Part shown: in pieces, positions 15,331 through 23,555 of the stretch
Position numbering within the stretch: position 1 is the first letter of the stretch
Layout of the letters: every line of letters starts with the position of its first letter
Source: Candidatus Nanosynbacter lyticus
GTDB taxonomy: Bacteria > Patescibacteriota > Saccharimonadia > Saccharimonadales > Saccharimonadaceae
Reading direction: 5' to 3'
Assembly (NCBI RefSeq): GCF_030253515.1
Contig: NZ_CP124549.1
Location: 240,001 to 272,000, forward strand
DNA length: 32,000 nucleotides
The notes under the pieces: generated by a model
What the model was told of the DNA's origin: nothing
Database searches by the model: none
What the model saw: the letters and a program-made list of their open reading frames with translations, nothing else
Translations under genes and position numbers: made by a program

Positions 15331-16851
15331 ATGGATCAAGAATTGGCGCTGGCGATTTTGATGAGCGGTCGGTCGGCGCTACTAACGGGTGCGGCTGGGA
15401 CGGGCAAAACGCACCTGTTGAACACGTTTATTGCACAGGCGCGTGACCAGGGTAAAAAGGTGTCGGTAACAGCGACGACGGGGCTGGCGGCGACGCATTT
15501 GGGCGGCAATACCATTCACAGTTGGAGCGGCACTGGCGTCAGTGATCAGCTCGCGAACAACTTTTTTGATCGGCTGTCAAAAACACGGCGTGAGGTGATC
15601 ACCAAGACTGATGTGTTGATTATTGACGAGATTTCCATGCTGCATGATTTTCGGTTGGACATGGTTGACCGGGTGCTGCGTGGTGTCAGGGAAAATGACC
15701 AGCCATTTGGCGGTGTGCAGCTGGTGATGAGTGGTGATTTTTTCCAATTACCGCCGATCAACCGTCCGGGCGAGCAGGGCGGCGGCTTCGTGGTGTATTC
15801 GGAGGCATGGCAGGAATTGCAGCCGGCGGTGTTGTATCTGGAACGGCAATACCGGCAGAATGACGAGCAGCTCCTCAAGATTTTGACGGCGCTGAGACAT
15901 GACGATATTAGGCGGCATCATGCCGAGACGCTGCTGGCGCGAACGGAAGTTCAGCCGCCTGATGGTGATATCACCGAACTACACACCGTCAATGTTGATG
16001 TCGATGCCATTAACAGCCAGAAGTTGGCAGAGCTGGTGGGCGAGGAGCGGACGTATCAGCAGACGACGACTGGCTCGAAGGTATACGTCGAGAGCTTGCA
16101 ACGGTCGGTGTTGGCGCCGAGTGAACTCGTGTTGAAACCGGGTGCGTTGGTGATGGCCGTGAAAAATTCGCCGCAGAAATTGTACGCCAATGGTAGCATC
16201 GGCACGGTGGTGGATTTTGAGCCGCTGACGGACTATCCGATAGTGGAGTTTCGTAGTGGACAGCAGGTAACCATGGTACCGGATGTGTGGGAGCTGCGTG
16301 ACGGTGAGCGTAAGCGGGCGAGTATTTCCCAGGTGCCACTGCGCCTGGCGTGGGCTGTCACGGTGCATAAAAGTCAGGGTATGACCTTGGATGCGGCTCG
16401 GATTGACCTGAGAAAGGCGTTTGTTGAAGGTATGGGTTATGTAGCTCTCAGCCGGGTGCGTGATCTCGATAATCTGTATCTTTACGGTATTAACCGCAAG
16501 GCACTGGAAGTCTCGCCGGATGCGTTGGCGATTGACGAGGTATTGCAGCGAGCAAGTGATGAAGCGGCCAAGCACTATCGTCCGATGTTGGAGGACATGA
16601 AGCGAAAGCAGTCAGTGCCGAAAAAATCTGGCAAAAAGCCTCAGTCCGCTAGCTGGCAGCAAAAGATTGCCAAAATGCGCGAGACACATCCGAAAGCGTA
16701 CATGCCGTGGGAAAAAGCCGACGACGACATCCTCAAACAGGAATTTTTACAAGGCGCGACCATCCAGCAGCTTAGCCAAAAACTTGGTCGCCACGAAGGC
16801 TCAATTCGCATGCGGCTGCAGAAACATTTTGGGGAGGATGTGGTGCAGTAG
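15331..16851 (+). CDS. PIF1/RecD-family SF1B DNA helicase with C-terminal helix-turn-helix
   Basis: Walker A GAAGTGKT, Walker B LIIDEISM, SGDFFQLPPI, QYRQNDEQLLKILTALR (Pif1-signature-like) and AVTVHKSQGMTLD. The C-terminal ATIQQLSQKLGRHEGSIRMRLQKH is HTH-like. The start is 2 nt after the upstream stop. Confidence 0.85.
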   Translation: MDQELALAILMSGRSALLTGAAGTGKTHLLNTFIAQARDQGKKVSVTATTGLAATHLGGNTIHSWSGTGVSDQLANNFFDRLSKTRREVITKTDVLIIDEISMLHDFRLDMVDRVLRGVRENDQPFGGVQLVMSGDFFQLPPINRPGEQGGGFVVYSEAWQELQPAVLYLERQYRQNDEQLLKILTALRHDDIRRHHAETLLARTEVQPPDGDITELHTVNVDVDAINSQKLAELVGEERTYQQTTTGSKVYVESLQRSVLAPSELVLKPGALVMAVKNSPQKLYANGSIGTVVDFEPLTDYPIVEFRSGQQVTMVPDVWELRDGERKRASISQVPLRLAWAVTVHKSQGMTLDAARIDLRKAFVEGMGYVALSRVRDLDNLYLYGINRKALEVSPDALAIDEVLQRASDEAAKHYRPMLEDMKRKQSVPKKSGKKPQSASWQQKIAKMRETHPKAYMPWEKADDDILKQEFLQGATIQQLSQKLGRHEGSIRMRLQKHFGEDVVQ

Positions 16852-16879
16852 CCCCAGGCTGGCAGATGAGCTGATAACT

Positions 16880-16888
16880 TGGTATAAT
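16880..16888 (+). promoter_or_regulatory. Extended -10 TGgTATAAT, 8 nt before ATG 16897
   Basis: TGGTATAAT at 16880-16888. Confidence 0.5.
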
Positions 16889-16896
16889 ATACATTG

Positions 16897-18156
16897 ATGA
16901 CAACGAAGCAATCTGAACGCATCGTGTTTCCAAAGAAGTTTTTATGGGGTGTAGCGACGTCGGCGCATCAGGTCGAGGGTGGCCTGGTGAATCAGTGGAC
17001 GACGTGGGAGCTCGAACATGCCAAGCGGCTGTCCGTGCAAGCACCGCATCAATTTGGTGATCTTGACAGCTGGCCGCGCATCAAAAAAGAGGCGACCAGG
17101 CCTGACAACTACGTATCGGGGCGGGGTGTCGATCATTACCATCGCTACGAGGAAGATTTCGCGATTCTCAAGAGTCTCAACATGAATGCCTTTCGGTTCT
17201 GTATCGAATGGGCACGAATTGAGCCGCAAGAGGGCGCGTGGGACGCGGCGGCGATTGCCCACTATCGGACGTATCTACGGACGCTGAAAAAGATGGGTAT
17301 TACACCGGTGGTGACGCTGTTTCACTTTACGCTGCCGGAGTGGTTTATGGCCAAAGGCGGTTTTGAAAAGCGGCGCAACATCAAATATTTCGTGTATTAT
17401 GTCGAAAAAGTTTTGAGCGAGCTGGGGCGCGATATCGAGTGGATCGTGACGATTAACGAGCCGACCGTGTACGCTGGTGAGAGTTACCTCGAGGGGCATT
17501 GGCCGCCGAATAAAACTCGCAAGTGTGATATGCTGCGCGTGCTCTGTAACCTCGTTACGGCGCATAAAAAAGTGTATAAATTGACGCGTGCTCGCAAAAA
17601 GTGGAAGGTGTCGATGGCGCACCATCTGATCTATTGCTATCCTGGCGATGACGCGATTCTTAGTCGTGCTAGTGCGCGGGTGGCACATTATTTCCTGAAC
17701 ACGTGGATGCTGCGTCGAGTGCGGCGGCACAGTGATTATTTGGCAATTAATTATTACTTTGCCCGGCGGATTTATGGCTATCGGGCGCATGATCCGTATC
17801 TGAAGGTCAGTGATCTTGGTTGGGATATGCAGCCGGATAAATTGCAGTATCTACTGGAGGATGTGGCCGAGCGCTATCAATTGCCAATTATGATTACTGA
17901 GAATGGGCTGGCGGACGGCACTGATAGTCAACGGCAGTGGTGGCTGACCGAGACGATCAAAGCGATGCACGAGGCGCTGAAGCGTGATATTAAGCTAATC
18001 GGTTATTTACACTGGAGCCTGCTCGATAATTTTGAATGGGACAAGGGATACTGGCCAAAGTTTGGTCTGGTGGCAGTCGATCGGCAGACCATGGCCCGGA
18101 CGGTACGGCCAAGCGCACGCTGGTTTGCGGCGGTGATCAAGAAGCTGCGGAAGTGA
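16897..18156 (+). CDS. Glycoside hydrolase family 1 beta-glucosidase
   Basis: FLWGVATSAHQVEGG, the acid/base motif TINEP and the nucleophile motif ITENG. TTG 16894 is an alternative start. Confidence 0.85.
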   Translation: MTTKQSERIVFPKKFLWGVATSAHQVEGGLVNQWTTWELEHAKRLSVQAPHQFGDLDSWPRIKKEATRPDNYVSGRGVDHYHRYEEDFAILKSLNMNAFRFCIEWARIEPQEGAWDAAAIAHYRTYLRTLKKMGITPVVTLFHFTLPEWFMAKGGFEKRRNIKYFVYYVEKVLSELGRDIEWIVTINEPTVYAGESYLEGHWPPNKTRKCDMLRVLCNLVTAHKKVYKLTRARKKWKVSMAHHLIYCYPGDDAILSRASARVAHYFLNTWMLRRVRRHSDYLAINYYFARRIYGYRAHDPYLKVSDLGWDMQPDKLQYLLEDVAERYQLPIMITENGLADGTDSQRQWWLTETIKAMHEALKRDIKLIGYLHWSLLDNFEWDKGYWPKFGLVAVDRQTMARTVRPSARWFAAVIKKLRK

Positions 18157-18232
18157 TTTGTCTCGCATAAGCTGACTCTGGGGCTGAGGGGCACTGGTGA
18201 GATGGTGTTCTGCTATCGTGTTATGCCACTAG

Positions 18233-18266
18233 ACTTTTCCACAGAATCGTGGAAAAGTTTTTGTTT
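18233..18266 (+). terminator. Rho-independent terminator after the beta-glucosidase gene
   Basis: 10-bp stem acttttccac / gtggaaaagt with a 6-nt loop agaatc, followed by tttttgttt. Confidence 0.7.
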
Positions 18267-18275
18267 GATAGGGAA

Positions 18276-18344
18276 ATGGGTAGAAAGTGGGTAAAAAGGC
18301 TTGCATGTGGGTAGTTGTGGGTAGTATAGTGGAATCAGTGGAAC
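18276..18344 (+). promoter_or_regulatory. MraZ-box array overlapping the Pmra promoter (TTGCAT, 18 nt, TATAGT)
   Basis: Direct repeats: aTGGGTA 18276, GTGGGTA 18287, GTGGGTA 18307, GTGGGTA 18317, GTGGAAT 18329, GTGGAAC 18338, spaced 9-12 or 20 nt. TTGCAT is at 18301-18306 and TATAGT at 18325-18330. Confidence 0.6.
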
Positions 18345-18422
18345 GAATGTTGGCGGGTAACACCAACCAAAACAAACATCCACTACGAAAAACCAACTAA
18401 TCTACCACGGAGGAAGGACGAC

Positions 18423-18791
18423 GTGCAGACAGATTACTTTGAGCGAAAGTTGGACGACAAGCGGCGCTTGACGATCCCGGCCGAGCTCAGGGCAGAGTTT
18501 GCGTCCGGCGTCGTGTTGACCCGCGGGTTTGGCAACTATCTTCACTTGTATCCACAGCAAGTCTGGGATCGGGAAGTGGAGGGCGCGCTGACCGGAAGTA
18601 TTCTGGATGAGCGCGTGGCCGACCTGAACGTCAAGTTTCGCCGCGGTAAAACCGCCTCGGCGCTCGACCAGAAACAGGGGCGAGTGACGATTGAACAGCA
18701 TTTACTCGACTATGCTGGCATTGACCGGGAAGTCGTGGCGGTGCGGGCGGGCGCGTATTTTCGGCTGATGGCGGCTGAGAATGCGGATTGA
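18423..18791 (+). CDS. mraZ: Transcriptional regulator MraZ
   Basis: Two SpoVT/AbrB-like halves: KLDDKRRLTIPAELR and LDQKQGRVTIEQHLLDYAGI. GTG start with GGAGGAAGG upstream. First gene of the dcw cluster. Confidence 0.85.
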   Translation: MQTDYFERKLDDKRRLTIPAELRAEFASGVVLTRGFGNYLHLYPQQVWDREVEGALTGSILDERVADLNVKFRRGKTASALDQKQGRVTIEQHLLDYAGIDREVVAVRAGAYFRLMAAENAD

Positions 18792-19192
18792 TTAGCTGGT
18801 CTAGTACTTTAACAATTTGAAAACCTCTCGAGATCAACTATCTGGGTATTTGAAGATGGCAGGTGGCAATTTGCTCCACGATAAAAACGGCAACGTTCTT
18901 TCCTCAAAACACCTCCCAAAAAACTCCACCTCACACATAAGTCTCTTTTGGAAACTATGGTTGTCACCGACAATCAATTATTTCCACTCTTAGACAACAA
19001 AAACAAACAAAACACAAATACAAAATAGCCAGAATTAAATATCCAGTTAGGTGATCTCGAGCATTGCTATACGTTGTGGTGTCAGCCGCGGCGATTTGTC
19101 GAGATTTACTCCTCTTTACGCGCCAGGCGACTTAAGGTCGCTTGGGCTGCAATCGCTGTACGGAGATAAATCTCGAAAATCTTGCACCTGAC

Positions 19193-19201
19193 TGCTACAA
19201 T
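19193..19201 (+). promoter_or_regulatory. Extended -10 TGcTACAAT, 6 nt before ATG 19208
   Basis: TGCTACAAT at 19193-19201. It gives rsmH its own leaderless start, separate from mraZ. Confidence 0.45.
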
Positions 19202-19207
19202 AAAGCA

Positions 19208-20128
19208 ATGATGAGTATTAAAGAACATCCACCACAGTCGGAAGCGCTTCAAGTGAGCGAACCGATTCATGTTCCCGTACTCCTTGAGGTGACCTTGGAT
19301 AGGTTGCGGCCAGCCAGAGGCGAGAGGTATCTCGACCTGACGGCTGGCTACGGCGGCCATGCCAGGGAATTCTTACAGAGGACGGATAATTACTTGGGCG
19401 CAGTGCTGGTTGATCGTGATGATAACGCGATTAACACGCTGGGCGATTTGGCTGAAAAAGGCGCTATGCTGATTCACAAGGATTTTGTGAGCGCAGCGCA
19501 GGATTTGGTCAAGCAGGGACGTACATTTGACGTGATTTTGGCTGATTTGGGGGTGTCGTCACCGCAGCTTGACAGAGCAGAGAGAGGTTTTTCGTTTCGG
19601 TTTGACGGGCCGCTGGATATGCGGATGGATAATCGGACGGAAATCACAGCAGCGGATATCGTCAATTCGTATTCGGTTGATGAACTGACGCGGCTGATTA
19701 CTCGTTACGGTGAGGAAAATCCCGGACGGGCCAGGCGGATTGCGCAGGCAATTGTTAGCGCCAGGCCGATTCGGAGAACGACCGAGCTGGCTGATCTGAT
19801 CAAGCACACTGTCGGTCGCGGCGGGATGAAACATCATCCGGCGACTCGCACCTTTCAGGCACTGCGCATTGAGGTCAATCGCGAACTTCGGCTGGTTGAA
19901 GAATTATTGCCGCTGCTGCCACGCCTTCTTAACCAGGGCGGGCGCGTTGGAATAATTAGCTTTCATAGCTTGGAGGATCGATTGGTCAAGCGATATTTCT
20001 GGGAGCAAGCAGCTGCCGGCTACGAGGCCGAGCTGAGCGTCCCAGAGAAAAAACCGGTGTCTGGAACAGAAGATGTTCACAATCCGCGCAGTCGAAGCGC
20101 TCAGTTTCGCTACGCCGTAAAAACATAA
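19208..20128 (+). CDS. rsmH: 16S rRNA (cytosine1402-N4)-methyltransferase RsmH
   Basis: HVPVLLEVTLDRL...YLDLTAGYGGHAREFL, DLGVSSPQLD, RGFSF...GPLDMRM and ISFHSLEDRLVK motifs. Confidence 0.9.
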   Translation: MMSIKEHPPQSEALQVSEPIHVPVLLEVTLDRLRPARGERYLDLTAGYGGHAREFLQRTDNYLGAVLVDRDDNAINTLGDLAEKGAMLIHKDFVSAAQDLVKQGRTFDVILADLGVSSPQLDRAERGFSFRFDGPLDMRMDNRTEITAADIVNSYSVDELTRLITRYGEENPGRARRIAQAIVSARPIRRTTELADLIKHTVGRGGMKHHPATRTFQALRIEVNRELRLVEELLPLLPRLLNQGGRVGIISFHSLEDRLVKRYFWEQAAAGYEAELSVPEKKPVSGTEDVHNPRSRSAQFRYAVKT

Positions 20129-20150
20129 ACAAAAAAAGGAGGGCGACATC

Positions 20151-20222
20151 ATGCCAATCCACATCAAAGTACAATTCCAGGATGCAGAAGCAGCTGAGAC
20201 CGTTGCGGTACGCCGCGGCTAA
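20151..20222 (+). CDS. Candidate small ORF (23 aa, MPIHIKVQFQDAEAAETVAVRRG)
   Basis: The window's best SD match, GGAGG at 20138-20142, lies 8 nt before ATG 20151. The ORF sits in the rsmH-ftsL spacer. No homology is assessable. Confidence 0.3.
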   Translation: MPIHIKVQFQDAEAAETVAVRRG

Positions 20223-20380
20223 GTAAGCTCGCTTGATAGTTTTCCCGGAAAAAGTATGCAAGCTCGGCGGCTCGCTCTCCTAGGGTGAGGGCGGGCCGGC
20301 CGGCTGTGTTTTCCGTGTCTTTATGATGCGCCACCAAAAGCATTAAACCGTAACAAATTAAACACACACAGAAATTATTT

Positions 20381-20731
20381 ATGCACACACGCTCATCCAC
20401 CACATTTACGCCGCGTCGTCCTGGGCCGCAGCTTCGCCGTAACCAGAATGCTACTCGTTTTCGATCACAGACCAAGCTCGGGCCAGTGGCGCATACGGTG
20501 CTGGTGGCGCTGATGATCATGGTGCTGGGGCTGGTGTACTTGACGCAGGCGACCAAGACGACGGCCTATGGTTACGAGGCGGAGGGGCTGGATTCGCAGC
20601 TGAATGAGCTGGCGACGAAAAAGTCAGAGCTAGAGGTGCAGAATGCGCGGCTGACGGCGCTCGAAAAGGTCAAGCACAGCAATGTTGCATCGGCGATGAA
20701 AACACCGACGCAGACGAACTATGCTCGCTAG
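20381..20731 (+). CDS. ftsL: FtsL-like cell-division protein
   Basis: Basic N-terminus, a single TM (VAHTVLVALMIMVLGLVYL), then a coiled coil (LNELATKKSELEVQNARLTALE). Its position between rsmH and ftsI fits FtsL. Confidence 0.6.
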   Translation: MHTRSSTTFTPRRPGPQLRRNQNATRFRSQTKLGPVAHTVLVALMIMVLGLVYLTQATKTTAYGYEAEGLDSQLNELATKKSELEVQNARLTALEKVKHSNVASAMKTPTQTNYAR

Positions 20732-20745
20732 CCTGGGGGTGAAAG

Positions 20746-20754
20746 TGGTACAAT
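20746..20754 (+). promoter_or_regulatory. Extended -10-like TGgTACAAT, 12 nt before ftsI ATG
   Basis: TGGTACAAT at 20746-20754. This would give a very short leader; it may be an internal promoter. Confidence 0.3.
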
Positions 20755-20766
20755 AGGACAAGCGGT

Positions 20767-22515
20767 ATGAAACGTCACTTAACGCAATCTCGAACCGGCG
20801 TACTCGCTATCATTCTGTTGGGGATGATGGCGATTTTTGTGATGCGGCTGTTTTATCTACAGGTCATCAAGCACAGCGAATACGTATCACTGGCGCAGGC
20901 TAGCCAGCAGCGGCATTTCATCATTCCGGCCGAGCGGGGCAAGCTATATATGATGGATGGTGGTACGGCCGTCCCCGTGGTGCTTAACCAAACGGTCTAT
21001 ACGGTGATCGCTGATCCGCAGACGGTCAAGCAAGAGCAGCGTCAGCAAATTATCGCGGCGCTACAGGAAATCGCGGGCGGCGAGGTAGTGAGTGACGCGG
21101 CCAAGCGGCTGGAGCGCACCACCTCTCGCTACGAAGTGTTGGCGCGCAACATCACGCGCACCCAGGCCGAGAAGTTAAAGGCCAAGGATTTTGTCGGTAT
21201 CTTGTACCAAAAGGGCTCGATTCGTAACTACCCAGAGGGGCAGTTGGCAGCGCAGGTGCTAGGCTTTGTGAATGCCGAGGGCAAGGGTCAGTATGGGGTC
21301 GAGGGGGCGCTGAATGATAAACTGAAGGGTCGTGATGGCCTCCTCAAAACAGTGGCGGATGTGCGTAATGTGCCGCTGACGCTGAGCAAAGACAATGTGC
21401 GTGTCGAGGCGAAGTCGGGCGAGAATGTGGCGCTGTCGATTGATCGAAATGTGCAGAGTCACGCCGAAGAAGCGCTCAAACGAGGGATCGAAAAGGCCGG
21501 CGCGACCGAGGGCAGCGTGATGGTGATGAATCCGAATAATGGGCAAGTGCTGGCGATGGCCAATTATCCGACGTATAATCCCGTTGAGTATGCCAAGCAG
21601 AAAGACGCAGCGGTATTTAGTAATGCAACGACAATGCTGCCGTTTGAGCCAGGGTCAATTGTCAAGACATTCAGCATGGCGACGGGGATTGATAAGGGTG
21701 TGGTGACGCCGCAGACAACGTACTTGAACACTGATTGTACCGAGGTGGGGGATCGGAAAATATGTAATGCTCTGAGGGGCCTCAGCGGCACGACGAGCAT
21801 GCAGAGTGCGTTTAACAATTCGCTCAACGTCGGCATGATCACGATTGCGCGGCGGCTGGGTGACGGGTCGACGATCACCCCGAGTGCGCGGCAGACGCTG
21901 TATGAGTATTATCACGATAAGTTTGGGTTTGGTGAGGCGACGGGGATTGAGCTAGCGGAGGCGCCGGGGCTGCTCTACGCGCCGAATCGGCCGGGGGCGG
22001 AGGTGAATTACGCGAATATTACGTTCGGGCAGGGTATGAATGCGACGATGGTACAGGCAGCTAGTGCGTTTTGTTCGGTGGTGAATGGCGGGCAGTATTT
22101 TCGGCCGACGGTGGTGGCTGGAACGGTGGACGTCAATGGCGGCCTGAAGCCAACGGTCGCTTCGCTACTGCGCAGGACGATTTCTGAGCAATCATCAGCC
22201 ACGATGCGGGGCATGTTGTCGACGGCGCGGGCGGTCCTCAATCAGCGTATGCCCGATAAAGACAAGCCCGGCTATGATGTCGGCGGCAAGACCGGCACCT
22301 CAGAGACGCTGATCAATGGCAGCTATACTATGGACGAGACGGTAGCGACGTATATCGGCTATGGTGGCGCAAATCGCCCCGAGTATGTCATAATGGTACG
22401 TGTCGCGGCGCCTGGCAAGCGCAAGAACTTACAGGGTAACATTCACGCTGCACCAATTTTTACTGATATCTCCAACTGGATGATTGATTATATGAAATTA
22501 GCACCGAAGGGATAG
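20767..22515 (+). CDS. ftsI: Class B penicillin-binding protein / peptidoglycan D,D-transpeptidase FtsI
   Basis: N-terminal TM, SxxK (SIVK), SxN (SLN) and KTGTS motifs. Position in the dcw cluster fits. Confidence 0.85.
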   Translation: MKRHLTQSRTGVLAIILLGMMAIFVMRLFYLQVIKHSEYVSLAQASQQRHFIIPAERGKLYMMDGGTAVPVVLNQTVYTVIADPQTVKQEQRQQIIAALQEIAGGEVVSDAAKRLERTTSRYEVLARNITRTQAEKLKAKDFVGILYQKGSIRNYPEGQLAAQVLGFVNAEGKGQYGVEGALNDKLKGRDGLLKTVADVRNVPLTLSKDNVRVEAKSGENVALSIDRNVQSHAEEALKRGIEKAGATEGSVMVMNPNNGQVLAMANYPTYNPVEYAKQKDAAVFSNATTMLPFEPGSIVKTFSMATGIDKGVVTPQTTYLNTDCTEVGDRKICNALRGLSGTTSMQSAFNNSLNVGMITIARRLGDGSTITPSARQTLYEYYHDKFGFGEATGIELAEAPGLLYAPNRPGAEVNYANITFGQGMNATMVQAASAFCSVVNGGQYFRPTVVAGTVDVNGGLKPTVASLLRRTISEQSSATMRGMLSTARAVLNQRMPDKDKPGYDVGGKTGTSETLINGSYTMDETVATYIGYGGANRPEYVIMVRVAAPGKRKNLQGNIHAAPIFTDISNWMIDYMKLAPKG

Positions 22516-22517
22516 CC

Positions 22518-23555
22518 ATGGCAACTGCTTTACAAACAATGACCAACGAATTGACACACGTATTTTTACTGAGCGTTGGGGCGTTTTTATTGGCGATGTT
22601 CCTGACGCCGATTTATACGTTTTTTGCCTATCGGTATCGGTTCTGGAAGCGGCAGCGCTCGGAGAGTACCGACGGCAAAGAGTTGAAGGTTTTTGCTAAA
22701 TTCCAAGCGGCAAAATTGCGGCGAAATATTCCAACAATGGCTGGAATTATCGGTGTTATTTCGATTTTTGTGGTGACGTTCTTTTGTAATTTAGATCGAG
22801 CGCAGACATGGCTGCCACTCGCAGCGTTGATTGGCGGTGCCGCGGTTGGGCTTATTGATGATGTTATTAATCTACGCGGGCTGGGTGGTGGTGCAGCCGG
22901 CTTACGTAGTCCGGTGAAATTTGCGCTGATTATGCTTATCGGCATCGTCCTTGGCTGGTTTTTCTATGTCAAGCTGGGCGTGGCCAGCTTCCATGTACCG
23001 TTCATGGGTGACGTGGCGATTGGTTGGCTGATCATCCCACTGTTTGCCTTTGCAGTGGTGGCGACTGGTAACGCGGTTAATATTTCTGATGGTATGGACG
23101 GACTGGCTGGCGGGTTGTTGGGGATTAGCTTTGGGGCGTTCGGAGTGATTGCCTTGCTACAACAACAAGTATTGCTGGCGGGATTCTGTTTCACGGTAGT
23201 TGGTGTGCTACTGAGTTATCTCTGGTTTAACATCTATCCAGCACGGTTTTTCATGGGCGATGTTGGTAGTTTTGCCTATGGGGTAAGTTTGGGGGTAGTG
23301 GCGATGTTGACTAATTCATTGCTGCTGCTGCCGGTGATTGGGTTGTTGTTTGTGATTGAGGCGGGTTCGAGCTTGATCCAGATTGTGAGCAAAAAACTCT
23401 TTAAGCGCAAGATTTTCTTGTCAGCGCCGATCCATCATCACCTAGAAGCCAGCGGCTGGCCAGAGACCAAGGTGACGATGCGGTTTTGGGTGATTGGCTG
23501 CGTGATGGCGTTTATCGGCGTGATGCTGGCTCTGGCGGGGGGCCATATTGCGTAA
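22518..23555 (+). CDS. mraY: Phospho-N-acetylmuramoyl-pentapeptide transferase MraY
   Basis: GLIDDVINL, NAVNISDGMDGLAGG and PIHHHLE motifs. Polytopic membrane protein. Confidence 0.9.
   Translation: MATALQTMTNELTHVFLLSVGAFLLAMFLTPIYTFFAYRYRFWKRQRSESTDGKELKVFAKFQAAKLRRNIPTMAGIIGVISIFVVTFFCNLDRAQTWLPLAALIGGAAVGLIDDVINLRGLGGGAAGLRSPVKFALIMLIGIVLGWFFYVKLGVASFHVPFMGDVAIGWLIIPLFAFAVVATGNAVNISDGMDGLAGGLLGISFGAFGVIALLQQQVLLAGFCFTVVGVLLSYLWFNIYPARFFMGDVGSFAYGVSLGVVAMLTNSLLLLPVIGLLFVIEAGSSLIQIVSKKLFKRKIFLSAPIHHHLEASGWPETKVTMRFWVIGCVMAFIGVMLALAGGHIA

Noticed and set aside
15231-15446. 71-aa ORF spanning the junction of the 325-aa gene and the helicase
   Set aside because: It is an alternative frame across two well-supported genes, with no signals.
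20164-20556. 130-aa - strand ORF covering the rsmH-ftsL spacer
   Set aside because: It runs antisense across the ftsL start. Its sequence is Cys/Arg-rich and low-complexity, with no start signals.
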